Source of the DNA: Camelus dromedarius
Lineage: Eukaryota
NCBI RefSeq assembly: GCF_036321535.1
Contig: NC_087437.1
Coordinates: 9,178,001 to 9,242,000, forward strand
DNA: 64,000 nucleotides
Reading direction: 5' to 3'
Shown: piece after piece, positions 14,341-27,825 of the stretch
How the letters are laid out: each line of letters opens with the position of its first letter
Position numbering within the stretch: the first letter of the stretch is position 1
Made by a program: the position numbers and the translations under genes
The notes under the pieces: generated by a model
Told to the model about the DNA's origin: nothing
Database searches by the model: none
The model's input: the letters and a program-made list of their open reading frames with translations, nothing else

Positions 14341-14984
14341 CTGGGAATCAGGAGAAACCTCTTCAGACCTGAGGTCCCTCACTTTTCAATGACAGGCTCT
14401 ACTAGATGAAATCCAAGATTACAGATACGGTTAAATGCTTGTGGCTTTCTTCCCAGATTGGTACCCCTCTATGGTGTACTCTTGGGAGAGCCACTGAGCT
14501 TCCATTGCCTCATGTGCAACAAGAATCCCAGTACATGTCCCAACTATCTTATGTGTAGGCAGCCCCAGCAGACACATAAATGAAACAATAGAAACAAACA
14601 ATGAACTGGAGTGGGTTCAGCTGAGATAAACACCATAGACAACTCTTGGCTTAACCCAGAGGAAGCAAAGGTAACGGTAAGCCTTAAACTCACTGAAATC
14701 TCTTCCTAAAGCGAATGGTTAAGATTACGATATTCTCAGGGTATTTGATGAAGTAATGCTTCAAACACAGAAAGCAGACTTCAGAGAAAATAGTCACAGA
14801 GATTTCAAAATAACCTTATAATCACTGATTGGAAGTTCAAGGTAGAATAACACATTATACACATTGACTATTTTTGTTAACTCTGTAATCTTATACTCAA
14901 ATGGAAAACAAGAAGCCTTCTTGTAAATGGGTCTAGTGATGAAGCAAATAAATCTGAATGCTAATAAACACAGTACATATAAAA

Positions 14985-15075
14985 AAATAGGGAACAGTTC
15001 CCAGAGCTTTCTAAGATGCTCTTCCCAGATTATAATCTTCAATTTGGCTTGAATAAAATTTTCCATTTTCTTTCT
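14985..15075 (+). mobile_element. ERV1-like LTR R/U5 fragment
   Basis: ggaacagttcccagagctttctaagatgctcttcccagattataatcttc...gaataaaatt resembles artiodactyl ERV LTR 3' ends. Confidence 0.45.
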
Positions 15076-15569
15076 TGAAAAAAAAAAAAATATATACATA
15101 TTTTCCCATGCTGTCTCTGTATTGCTGTGTGTTTCTGTCGTACGCAAAAGCGCACACACATACACATGCATGTGAGCCCAGAGAACCTCAAACGCTCAAA
15201 TGCTCACTGCTGTTTTCTCTCTGGAACATTGCATTCGCTTCAGAAACAAGAGCAGTCAATTCTTCTCCAAACAGAATAGGCTTTAGGATTGCAGTTTTAA
15301 AACTACAGCTGTTAGAAGCAGCAGTCCAAAGTTGATGTGTTTATGCCATGTTTTCAGCCCACAGTCTCCAAAACTCCCTGTTTGTGAAAAACATAGACAC
15401 ACGTACTCAATTATTTACAGCCACACATTCACACACCATGTCTGCATGAACACTATTTCTGCAATATTTTCTGGATTAAGAGGAAAAAAAAATCACAGCA
15501 GATGAGTAGCATGTTAAAATGTGTGCAGAAATAGAACGCAAGAGAAAACGACACAGCAGCCCTGCTTAC

Positions 15570-15670
15570 CGCACATCACTCGGTTACTCTCTGCTTCCGT
15601 GGTGTGCGGACAGAGGGACCCAAGCAAATTTATAAGGCCATCACGTGACCCCACTGCCGGCCAAAGGCCG
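15570..15670 (-). other. Candidate unannotated ZNF385D exon (alternative first exon ~15603-15570, or 101-nt poison cassette)
   Basis: Donor GCG|GTAAGC at 15570/15569; acceptor CTTCTTACTTTGTAG| at 15671/15670. Internal TATAAAT, GTCACGTGA and CGGAAG motifs, and ATG TGC G ending in phase 1. Confidence 0.4.
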
Positions 15671-17109
15671 CTACAAAGTAAGAAGCTATAAATTTCTTTC
15701 TTATTAAATACTTAGTCATCTTCACGGAAAGTCTTTTCATCCAAGGACTCTACCTCCTGTGTTTATCAGATTTCCAGCCATCTCTCTTCATAGGGGACAT
15801 TTTCTATTCAATTTTTTTTGCATGTATGTTTTCACTGTCCCCATGACCACCTGGAAAACCTAGATTTTACTGTCATGTATGCAACTACATTTATATCCAG
15901 AGTCTTTCCAATTTCTTTTGCTTTGAGATTATAATTGTACGTAACCCAGCAAGTGTTCAATGAAAAACACACTGATTTTCAAAACTGTTTCTCTTTGCTG
16001 AGTATTTTTCATTCAGAACCGTGGTTAGGGAAGGTGCTATGAATTGGGCCACTGACACCATATATAATCTGTTAATTTGAAGTACTTTCTCTTTCTCAGT
16101 GACAAGAGGCATGTATTGAAGTCCTTCACGCAGAGTTTGGATCTCACTGGCTTGTCTTTTCCTAGCCACACTTTTGCAAACCCTGCCAAGAGGGCCTGGC
16201 AAGGGTAGATAACACGAGACAAAACATCTTACAGTCCAGGAAAAACCGTAAAAGAATGAATGAATCAGAAGCCAAACCTGCCAATTTTCACCAGGGCTTA
16301 AGCCTAAGTTCTCAAATAATTCCTCCAAGAATGTGCTGGAGTGACGTATTGTTCTTGGCCCTCTTGGTCTCACATCTGTTTGAGTCTCGGGGTGTCTTGT
16401 TTTCTATCCTGACCCTGCTTCTGCCTTTCCTGGGAGAAGTCAGCCATACAGAGTCCACCTGCGTGAATGTTATAATCTGTCTACAATCTGTTTCTCTATC
16501 ACTTCACATGTGTGGTTCACGGAAGAGCAGCCCTCGGCTAGGTACTGGGGTCAGGATTTGGCATCCATGTTTTCTGATGCATGAACTTGACAGCTTTTTC
16601 AAAATATGAAAACTAAGAACTGTTTTGTTTTGCTGTGTGTTGTAGCTGTTGGTATGGTGCTGTTGTTACAGGGTTTACAAACTTCCATGGATATTAAGTT
16701 TTTGTTGTTTCTGTATGTGTGTGTGAAAGCAGTGTTCTAAATGCACGTTAAGTTGAAAGACTAAATAAATTTCTTTGAGACATTTTATTAATGCATGAAG
16801 ATTTCACAGTATGGGAGGAAGAAAACTGTTTTCAAAACTAGTTTAAGGAATTTTTTTGGCCATTCTGAAACATCTCCCAGTGAGTCTAACCTGCATACAG
16901 GAGAAAGGGCAACGCTAGCGAGCATGCTGGTTTCCGTTCACTTCTACCAAGAGCTTTGCCCAGGCCACAGTGACATCTTTTTATGGGATTTCCCTGGTAA
17001 TTCATAACCTCCCCGATTTGTCCCAGCAAACCCATGCTCTCCATCAATGACTCTCTGAGGCTCATTTGGGTACCACATTCTTCAGGACCCAGAAATTCTA
17101 CTTGTGAAA

Positions 17110-17250
17110 ATATGCATAGTGGTTAAGAGCACATTAGAAATGCTGGTTCTGCTACTTGCGTGTGATGTGAATTTAAACAAGTCAGCATTTCTAAACTATA
17201 CTTTCTGCATCTACAGAATGGGAGATATTTTATCAGCCTCCCTTAGAAGA
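17110..17250 (+). mobile_element. MIR fragment
   Basis: catagtggttaagagcac...ttctgctacttg...ctgcatctacagaatggg. Confidence 0.65.
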
Positions 17251-17299
17251 GGCTGACATTTAAAATAACAATTTCATTAGTGGGAAAGATTATGGGGCA

Positions 17300-17910
17300 G
17301 TCATCTATTGTCTGTGGGATGTAAAACGATGTGATCTCTTTGGGAAAAAGTTTGACAGTTGCTTTTAAACAAATACACTCCTATCCTAGAAGATAAAAAT
17401 TACATTTTAAGTATTTACCAAGGAAAATAAAAATAGGTCCACAAAAAAAGTGCACATAAATGTTTAGAGCAGCTTTGGACCTTAAAAGCACCACTGGGAA
17501 GCAACCTAAACAGCCATCATCAGGTGAATGAAGTTTGTGGTATATTCATGAAATGGGATACCAGCCAGTAATAAAAAGAAACAAATTATTTGATATAAAA
17601 ATACCATGGATGAACCTCCAATCCCTGTGCTGCACAGAAAAAACACTAGGCAGAAAGGAGTGCATATCATGATTCTATCTACATCATACGCTAGAAAAGG
17701 CAAGGCTGGTCCACACTGACAGGAAGCGGATCCGTGGTTGCCTCCGAGGGGGGAAAGGATCGACTGGCATGGGGCATAAGTGAATTTGCTGGGGTGATGG
17801 GAAGGTCCTACACCTTGACGAGGATGATGGTTATTCTGGTAAACAGATTTGCCTGAACTAATTTAAAATCTCTGCATTTGATGATATATAAAGTATGCCT
17901 CGATAAAACA
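17300..17910 (+). mobile_element. Old L1 (L1MC/MD/ME-like) 3' end
   Basis: ctttgggaaaaagtttgacagtt...gtttagagcagcttt...catggatgaacctc...ggggtgatgggaagg...gtatgcctcgataaa. Confidence 0.78.
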
Positions 17911-20899
17911 GTAAAGCAATAGAAATTTCTTCACTCATACTGATTCTTATATGGTGAATGAAGTATGGGAGGAGGCCATAGACTTTGGTGCTATGAACCT
18001 GGAAAATAATCATGGTGGCACCGTGATTTCCCCCAAAGCATTGCCACCCTAAGCCCTCCCGTAAACAGCCATGTCTGACTTCACCTCCAGTGTCCCCATC
18101 TCACAGGACACATTTTAGTACCTGTTGCCTTCTTTTTGGGGACAAAATATAAGCCATTCTACTAGCATTTCTTCTTAAATAGCCTTTTTCAAAGGGAATT
18201 TGAGAAATACAGGGAGTGTCAAAATAAGTGGACTTTTTTCCAACTATAATAAAATGAATCTAAATTAGACATAGAGCAGATCAAAGTTGGTATAGGTTCA
18301 CATTATGGGAAAAGTTTTTTAGTTTCTTTGCATTATAAGCTATTCCACTGATGTTCACGTTCTATGCTCTCTTTTTAAAATAACTAGCTAGACTGATGGA
18401 CGTTCAATTACTTAAGAAAGGTTTTTAAATTTTCTTTTCCTTATTTCAGTGGAACAACTAATTTGGCAGAGGCACGGCCACTTAAATGCTCAAGGAAGAA
18501 TGATTAAAACGGAACTCAAGATATTAAACAACCAGACAAAGAGGACTTCAAAAGTCAGTAATTGTTTTGTGGTCTTGAAGTTTAATCAGGAACACTCTCT
18601 CATTTCTTGCAAAAGTACTCCACAAAGCAGGTGCATTAAGGAAAAATTGATGCGTAAGAGGACTAAGAATGTCGCTACTAATGGAATGCGTTGATTTGAA
18701 AGTTACATAAAATGGAAGTCACATCAATTTAGTATAACTAATTTCTTTCAGCGCTTTGCTTACTGTGTGTCATATTAGGACTTACAGCACTTTTTATGAC
18801 CCCCGCCCGCTCCTTGAAAATACAAGTCCATTGCAGAATCATGGTAAGAAATATATCATGTACTTCATTTCTATTTTCCTGCTTTGCCTAGGACAGTACT
18901 GTGTAGATAACTTTTCAACAAACAGGTGCTGACAGAACTAAAGAATTAAGAGCACATTTTTAAAGGCTTTTATATTAAAAACATGATCGATTCTAAGTAA
19001 TTATCTTGGTAGCTTGAGGAAAGTAGGCAGCAAGCCAGATTTAGAATTCTTGGCCCCAAGGCACTAGTGTTGTTTTAAAATGTGATGGGAGTGGGTGTAT
19101 TCTGCCTACATTATCCTCGAATTTCTATAAAACTGGCAGAGTACAAAGAGACTAAGAAAATACAACATGCGTTCCCAAATACATCATTCTCAAATGAGAA
19201 AATATTGTTTTCTAGAATTCGTATCAAAAGGCATCATTCAAAATAAATTGGTGATATGAACATATATTTTGTAAAAGACCAAATTAAGCAGGATACGTAG
19301 CTAATGTGGTTTCTATCTTCAATTCTTCTGGGGGAGTGAAAACAAATGGTTTTGCTACCATTGTAGCAGGCGATGTTTTTTATTGTCATATCACAGATCC
19401 AAACTGAGCCAGACCTACAATCTGAAAACTGCTCCTGCAGACAGAAGACGTGTCCTTTGGGACTGACTATGGAGGTTAAAAAAAAAAAAAATAGGACACA
19501 GTGAAGTGCTAAGAGCCTGGAGTTGACTATCCTTGTGTGCATTGTTTTTGCCTGATCATTCCCAACCTGCAGCCGCCATCGGGCCCCACGTATGCCTTCG
19601 CATACATGGAATCACACTTTTGGAAGGTTTGCAATTAAATTCCAACATAACTCAGCCATCGGAGTCTGACAGTAGACTAAACCATGCAGTGAAACTCCAA
19701 ATCTGTATTCTACGTCCAGTTCTTAAAGACAATAGAGACTAGTGACCCAAAAAATCATTCAATTTTAGAGCTAGATGGTGGGTCTCCTGTTACAACTCTC
19801 TTGCTTCCCTTCTCTGGTCCACTTACACCCTGGCTTGTCTTCTTAACTATTCGTTGCTAGGATCTATTCATAAAAGAACATTATTTTCATGAACAAAGTT
19901 CAAAGTCACAGTCTGCTGACATTGCAAAGGTTCTGCTAATATATAACCCTTGACGTGTCTCTGACACACTCACTAAAGAGCCAGGAGCAAATAAGCAAAC
20001 TTCATTCTCTGCAACGAAATGTCAGCCTCTTACGTTTATGGTGGGAATATTTCTCTGTTAATGAATCTATTATATGAAATCTTCTAATGATCAAAAATTC
20101 CCAGAGGATGGAGTACAGTGAAAAATTCTCACCCTCAAGTTAAAACATCAAAATATTTTTATGATAATCTGTTTTGTCTTATCCAAAATAGCCTGCAGTA
20201 TGGAACATTTCCCATAAGACTTGTTAGTTTTGATACAATTGGAAAAAATGATTTCTTTCCGAGTGTATTTACAGGGTCTTTCTGAATATCTTTGTGCACG
20301 AAAATCTCAGAGACAAAAGAAATCAATTACTGTTTGCTGGTTATATATTTCCCCCTCTGTGTTGGAGGAAAACATAATTATTTCTTCCCATTTCATTACA
20401 TGCATAGGTTCAGAAAACAAAATGCTAAATTCACTAAATTACTCTGCTTAATTTAGGGAGAAATTTTGTGTTTATGGGAGGACTGGTTAGTACTATTTGC
20501 ATCTTGAAATATGTTCAAAACACTGTGACCTGAGTTTTTAAACATTATCACATGGTACACTCTGATGAATCATCGAGTTGAAAAGTGTTAATTCCTTATT
20601 GTTTATAATAAAACCATATTGCCAAAGGTCAGAACATTTAATTCTGTTTTGAACATTTGCTGACGTAGGGAATGTGCTAGGCACTTTAGGGGAATGCAAA
20701 AGTAAATTTTTACAAAGTACAACAAGAAATCTCTATTCTTGAAGACTTTACAATTTAAGAAAAAGAAAGCAGACAAGAATTTCTCCCAGTTGCAGTGCAA
20801 GGGGAGATATGAGGAGAGACACAGCACAGGAGCAAACGATGTATAACGGAGCCCCAAAGAGCAGGGGATGAGTCCCATTCAGGAAATGCGAGTCTCAGC

Positions 20900-21330
20900 T
20901 GCCAACAGCACCACCCTGCAGCCACCTGCTTATATCTGAACCTGGGTTGCTATTTGCTCTCTCATCTCTGACCTCCACTCCATCAACAGTTCCTCTTTTT
21001 TCCTATCCAAAAGGTACTTTAGAACCACCCACCACTTCTGTCCCCACACCCTTCCACGTCACTGTCACTTCTTGCCTAGACTGGTGTAACCACCTTCGAC
21101 GAGTCTCTCTGATTTCACTCCTCTATTTTCTAACCCATTCCCTGCCTTACAATGAAAGCAAACATTTCTGAAACACAAAGAAAGACTGATTTAAAACCCT
21201 CCAATGGCTTCCCATGGCTCTTAAAAGTCCAGCTGCTGGCCACAGCTTACAAAACCTCAGTCTGTCTCGTCTCCTGCCTGACCGTGCATCCTCCTCCCTT
21301 CTCCTGCAGAGGCTGCGCGGTCTGACTCAG
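20900..21330 (+). mobile_element. L2 fragment
   Basis: tcacttcttgcctagactggtgtaac...aaaaccctccaatggcttcccat. Confidence 0.6.
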
Positions 21331-24300
21331 CACCTGTGCCAGAAGCTAGCGCTATACGTCCTGTGGTCCCAGATTTACTCCCACACAGGTCCTCCCTCCA
21401 GGTTAGTTTCTACGAGTTAGTCTGCCTAAGACTGGAAGAAGGGAATTGGACAACAGTTCTGTCTCTTTTTCTCCCCGTTTTCTGGCAAGTAGTGTCAAGG
21501 AAGGGTCTGGTTTTTCGGGGGAAGTTTCCTGAGTGCGGTGTCTCCCTGATACTGGACGTGGCCCCTTGCTGGCCCAATTTTATGGCTTGGTTCTCAACTG
21601 TTTCTTTCTTTAGCTATCCTAACAAACCTGTAATCTATTTTAGCCTTTTTTTCTAAAACAAGCTAAGGTGAATTCCAAATCCTGCTGTTTGACTCAGAAT
21701 GATATATATTTATTGCTAGTTTCTCTGATATGCCAACCTTTTCCTTGTTTTAACGTCTTTGCACATACTTTCTTCCTTGATCGGGTTGGCCTTCTTTGGA
21801 ATCCTCGTGTCTGACCTCTTGACATACATTTTAGCTTCTCTGAGATACCTTCTATGGCTAATCAACCCAACATAGATACTCCCTAATATTTACTATTAAT
21901 CACTCCACTTTTTAATTTAATAGTAGCTAACATAAGCTATGAAATATACACATATAAAATATCAGATATGTTCTATCACATATGTAAGATATGTCATCTA
22001 TATAATGTGTTTATCCTAAGTTCAGTCATTAAATTGTACATTCTGCCACTTACTCAGCAATGTTTACCTAGTACCTTGGAGAGTACCTGCCACAAATATT
22101 TTAAAAATAAAACTACGTTGCTTCTAGGAGCTGCCTAATTTTTTAATCAGCCCATATTTTTTCTTTCCTTGTTTTTCCTTTGACTGTGGCTTAGTCGGGA
22201 AACCTAGAGGGAGGTCTCCAGCCAAAGTGACTGTGGAAGGTGCCCGACCACAGCAATGAGATAAACTGTAGTACAACTGTCACAGAAGGTGAGGATTATA
22301 GAGGATGGAGCTGTGTCTTGTGGACTGTCCGACCTCCCCAGCACCTGGCAAGGTATCTGGACTTTGGGTAGGTGCTCCTTCCATCCTTCCATATCATGAG
22401 GTCCTGGGAGGTTGAATCACTCTCCCAAGGTCAATTATGTTGTTCGGAGGTGAGTCTAGGTCCAGTAAATCAGATACACAAAACTTAGCCTTTTCCCTTC
22501 ACCACTCTCTTATATAGTTCAAGCCGCCATACCTCTGAAATTTCCACCATTTAATTTTTGAAGTTAGAAATGTATTTCATTTATTTTAAATCCTGAGAGA
22601 GAAAACTGAATAACCTTTTTGGGTACTCAAACTTTAGAAAGCATTGAATATTTTCTAGTCATAGCTCTCACAAGTTATGCTGCTCTCAAAATCCAAAATG
22701 ATTCGGTGCAGCTTGAGACCCAAATCTAAGTCTTCACTATCAACACTATACCTAAATGACAAATTTCTCACAGGAATGATTACATTCCTCTTGATACATT
22801 TTCTTCAATAGCTTAATATTTTAATTTTGACTAAGAGAGATTTGTTGTAAATGATAAGGACCCTTTTCTCTAGCTGTTTATATAGAAAATACACAATGAA
22901 TTAAGAAAATTTTTGTTTTGTTTTACAGCTTACATGTTATTAATTTTTCATGCAGTATACAGTGTAATAAAATGCTACTGGGAGAGTTAGAAATTTAAAA
23001 GAAGAGGATAAAAAAAAACTGGTTGGGGGAGGCAATCATTGTTTTGTGTTATTCCATTTGTCATTGCTAGTAATTTGAATTGATATTTATGTTAGACAAT
23101 TATATTTGAATTAATACTTAGACTGTGTATTTATGTTAGATACCTATATTAGACTTTTATATTAAAATGTATAGGTATACTAAAACAAAATGTCCCAAGG
23201 CATCTATTTCAAATATGAGGAGTCAACTGTTTTTGAGGTTTAGGTAAATAATGTTATGTATAAAATAAGAATATACCTTTGTTTAAAATATCTCATGGCC
23301 ATTCGGCTCAACTTTTGTCTTCAAGAAATCAGGGATTTGATACACATTTTGAAATCTTTCACAGCTACTAAAACAAAAGGTTTGTCTTTTCTGAAAATCC
23401 AGAGTCCTTATTTAGATTGGCCTCTCAGACATTAAAAAGAATCAGGAAGAATTTCCCTCCCAATCCTACGTTCTAAAATTGTGTAAATTTTCAAGACATC
23501 TTTATATTTCTTAGGAGCCAAAGAGCTCCATCCTGTTCAAAGTTAAAGATACACACATTGAAAATGTCAGGCCCATTAATTCTTTCAGTCTCCTTAAAAA
23601 ACGATCTATGCATACCTATATTTATTCGTGCAAATCAAATTTAAGACAGGAAAAAGATTACATTTTATAGACACTTAAATTTTGACTTTAAAGTAGACTC
23701 CATTGGCATGCTTAGGAAAATCTATTTATTTTCTCTTGGTTTTTATGGCTGGATATAAAACCATTTGCAGGGTATTATGCATGGAAAAGACCTCATCTTT
23801 TAGATACAGCTCGTGTGTATACACAGTCTGCATGCCTAGTAAATCATCAACAGACACATAAGCATCCTTGCTTTCTCGGCAATTGCTGGTCATATGGATT
23901 AAGAGATAGAGCACAGTTAAATAACCCTGATTATTTGAACATAGCTCTGTAAACATTCCTCCACTCTGAACTGCAGGGTTAGACATTTCAACAACTGAAA
24001 TCTTTTTGGGCAGAGAAGCTGCAAGCTGTGATAGTGTGCATGTCTGCTTTACTCTGTTGAAACACAGATTTTAAATGCAGAATTAAATGCACGTTAGTTG
24101 TGGTCTCAGGCAGGATTTAGACACTGTCTCTCACGAAGGAAGACCATTCCTTATTTAATTGCTCACTCAGCCCCTAAAACAGATGTGACAAAAATAATCA
24201 GAAAAGGCGGATGCTTCAATGGGATAATTGTCAAATTTATTATTTATCTAATATACTAAGGGTCTAATTAGACCCTCTGCTCCTGTCACATACAAATTGA

Positions 24301-25689
24301 AAGATTTTATTTAATGACATTGAACTCAGTGTTCTCTTTCTTACAGTAGAGGATACTCTGCGTATTTGTTAGAATTACTTCTTTAGGAAACTTATGCTCA
24401 GGGTGGGTGGGTGTGTGTGTGCACATGTGTGCTAGAAGGAAGCCTATACTCTTTTATTTTGCATTTGTGGCAAAATAAAACTTAACTGTTTTTAGGTGAG
24501 AGTGGCTCCCCTTTTCAGATTACAGAACCTGAGCTTATGTCAGAATTAAAATAGGACATTTCTCCTCAAGTGAAGAAGAAAAAAATGTGCTTATCCAAAA
24601 TCGATTTCTTATCTTCTTGAAGCTGTCATTCTTTCTTATTCATGGAAGAGATTCCACGGTGACTGTATTCCTATATGCAGTGTCTCATCCACGTCCACAA
24701 CCCTCACTCTGTTCCCATCCCTGGAAGAGTCTGGAGTTATCGCTGAATCACTCTGTCACCCGTCACATGTTCATTTTTGTAACCACTCCACAGTTCTCCT
24801 AAGACCCTCCAATTCAGTCATGAAGGCACTATTACCTCTTCCTTTACTATGCCTGTAGACCGAATCACCAGACTTCAATGCCACGCCAGCTCACCCCTTC
24901 CTTTCCTGTCCTGTTAACACCTGCAAGTTCTGGGTAGAGTTTGCATCATAATTACAATGTAAAATTTAGCAAAGATTTCCCTAGCATGCCTTCGTCTTCA
25001 AGTCACTGCCGGCTCCCAAATATCTTACTGATTGTCAGATTGGTCTCTCTAATGTCAAGCCCCGAGTCCTTAATCTACAATGTCTACTTCTTCCTGTTGG
25101 AGTTTCACCTTCCGTATTCAACCCCGACATTCTAACTCCCTCTCAACTGATGTTCAGTTTCATTCTGGCATCCCTGTTTTTTTGTTCATGGTTACTTCCA
25201 CCAGGCATGCTTTTTCTCTGACATCTCAAAAATCTATGCCCAAGCAAATTTCCTTTCCATTTTACAATTTCTCATGGAGCTTCATGCCCAGAAACTAAAA
25301 CCAGTAAATACAGATGCATGGTGTCCAATGTTCTGCCCCTATAATGCAACGACCCCACATTTTAAGAAGACACAAATCTACAAGCGACAATGACTTTCTC
25401 TATTAAGATGGAGTTGGAAGAGGCATCTTCCAGAATTGAAAGATCAGAATCTCCAGGGATGTGTGTGAAACTGTCCTGGGGCTCATTTCCTGCTCCTGGA
25501 TGAGAATTTATTTCAGTAAGGAGTATCTGAACCTCTAGGAAAGCAGCATAACAACACTTCAGTCAATGCAACATCAGTGAGAGAAGTATGTCTGTGCTGT
25601 TCTTTACTCCAGTCTAACCCCCAGCACAGATCTCAGCACATATTAGATGTTCCAAAATATGTGTCATGTTGACAAATATTTACTGGATG

Positions 25690-26048
25690 GATGACAACAG
25701 CATTGTTCAAAATATCCCTCCCAGAGGATTGTATCTGCCTGAGCCCCACTGACATTAGGACTCACCACGTGATTGACTCTGGCCCTCCCTGAAAGCATGA
25801 AGGTAAGTGACCCACGCCACCTCCTAGTAGACAATGGAACGGATAATGTATGCCTCCCGTTTCTTTCTTGCTCTCTGTACCATAAGACAAGCCACATCCA
25901 GATACACCTGATGCATCAGACTATGTCCAGAAATGAAGGCATATTCAGCAGAGTCATAGCACAGAGCAGATTTTTGTTCTGGAAGCCACTGAGATTTGGG
26001 GGGGCCATCTGGTACCACTGCATAACTTAGCCTAAGCTGATTGATATA
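25690..26048 (+). mobile_element. MaLR LTR (MLT1H/I/J-like)
   Basis: ccactgacattagg...cacgtgattgactctggcc...aagccactgagatttggggg...gcataacttagcctaagctgattgatata. Confidence 0.78.
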
Positions 26049-27640
26049 GAGGGAATTAAATATTTGATGTAAGATATTCTCTCCTGGTCTTGGCTCTTAC
26101 TTCTGAAAGTAAGAAAGGGTAATTTATTCCCTCTTATTCAACTTTAGGAATATCTTCAGCACAAAAGCATGGTCCCCAGTAACACAGAAAACAGACCGAT
26201 TAAAGGGACAGAAAGACACCTTACTTTTTCTCTTTACACTTATTAAAACTTGGCAGCAGGACAAATTTGAGGAAAAGGGGATTATAGAATTTTTTTTACC
26301 CTCTAGGTCATATAAATCTTATAAACTGTGTATAATGAGGTTGTATTATGTATAATTAAAATGGTAGTAATAATCAAAAGCACATGATAGGATAAAGTGA
26401 CAGCCATGAATTTCTTATCAACATTAGGTGAATATTAACTATTTTGGATCAAAACGTAAATTATCAAGTTAATATTTTTACACTTAAACTGGTGGCCTAG
26501 AAATACCGGTATGAGTCCCTCTGTGGAACACTTTAGAAGATTCGAGAGCTGTAAATTAATTTAGTTCAATATTCAGGCAGGAAATGTGTATCTCTCTGTA
26601 TAATTTCATCTAGGAGACCACTTGAGAAATTTATCTTTGCTTTATGTAACTTTTGCGGAAATTTTCCTTCTCAGATCTGATCCATAATTTAGCTTGTGTA
26701 ATTAACACATGTAATGATGTGCCAATGATCTCTTATTTATATGGCACTGAGCTTCAATGAACACAAAGTACTCTATTTACTTAATTTATTCTCTAAACGT
26801 GCATCTGGAACTAACTTTGGACTTGAAAGAAATTAACTCCACTAAAGAGTAGATTTCAGTAAAAGAAGATTTACTTAAGGGCAACAGTAAAAAATTAAGG
26901 TATGCAAACGTTCTTTTAAGACTTTCGATTTATAATGAAGAGTTCTGGAATAGTATTTCCAAACTCCTATCAGTGTTCAGCAAGTTCCTGATGAAGGCTC
27001 TCTAGATAGACCCTTCCATTTTTATGAATATCATAAGAACTTAATTTGTAACAAAAGGCTACTTTGCAAATGCAGCTAATTCTACATTTACCTGCGTCTA
27101 TAATTTGCTTTCCTTATGGCTGCCTCTTACATTAGCATTCATTACAAAAGCCCCCCTTCTAAGATTATTTGATTTGACGGAAATGCATTAGCTCTGACAG
27201 TGTCCATGCAAGTAGAATCTATGGTAATTACTGCTATTTAAACACAGATTATTCCTTCTGGTCTTCTATTTAAAAACAGAAATAAAATCTCCAGCCACCA
27301 GAGATTAGAAATTCCTGCTTTTAAAATACACCTTGTATTAATTAATATCATTTCCCCAGATGAAAACAGACATGTACCCAGGTAGTGGCATATGATAAAC
27401 ATCGTGGATTCATACATTTATTCAGAAAAAAGAAGAAAATTTAGGAAGGGATAAACTCCTCATTTGTATGGGAAAAAGAGTATTCTCAGACGAATGAGTT
27501 ACTTGGTATCCGAGTAAGATTAAGGCCTTTTGCCATTCTGAATCAATTCATCCTCCAGAAGTCTCTGTCTTTAGTTACTCATCACAGTCAGGTCACCAGC
27601 TCCTTCTGAAAATGTTAACCACTATACATTAAAAAAGACT

Positions 27641-27825
27641 AAAAAAAAATTTCTTTTGTACAGCACTGGGGACTACACTCCATGTCTTGTAATAACCTAC
27701 AATGAAAACGAATATACGTGTATACATGCATGACTGGGACATTGTGCTGTACACCAGATATTGACACATTGTAACTGACTGTACTGCAGTTGGAAAAAAA
27801 AAAAAAAAAAAAAAAAGAAAGAAAA
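27641..27825 (+). mobile_element. Young camelid-type L1 3' fragment with A23 tail
   Basis: catgactgggacattgtgctgtacaccag...ttgtaactgactgtact, then an A run at 27794-27816. Confidence 0.87.
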
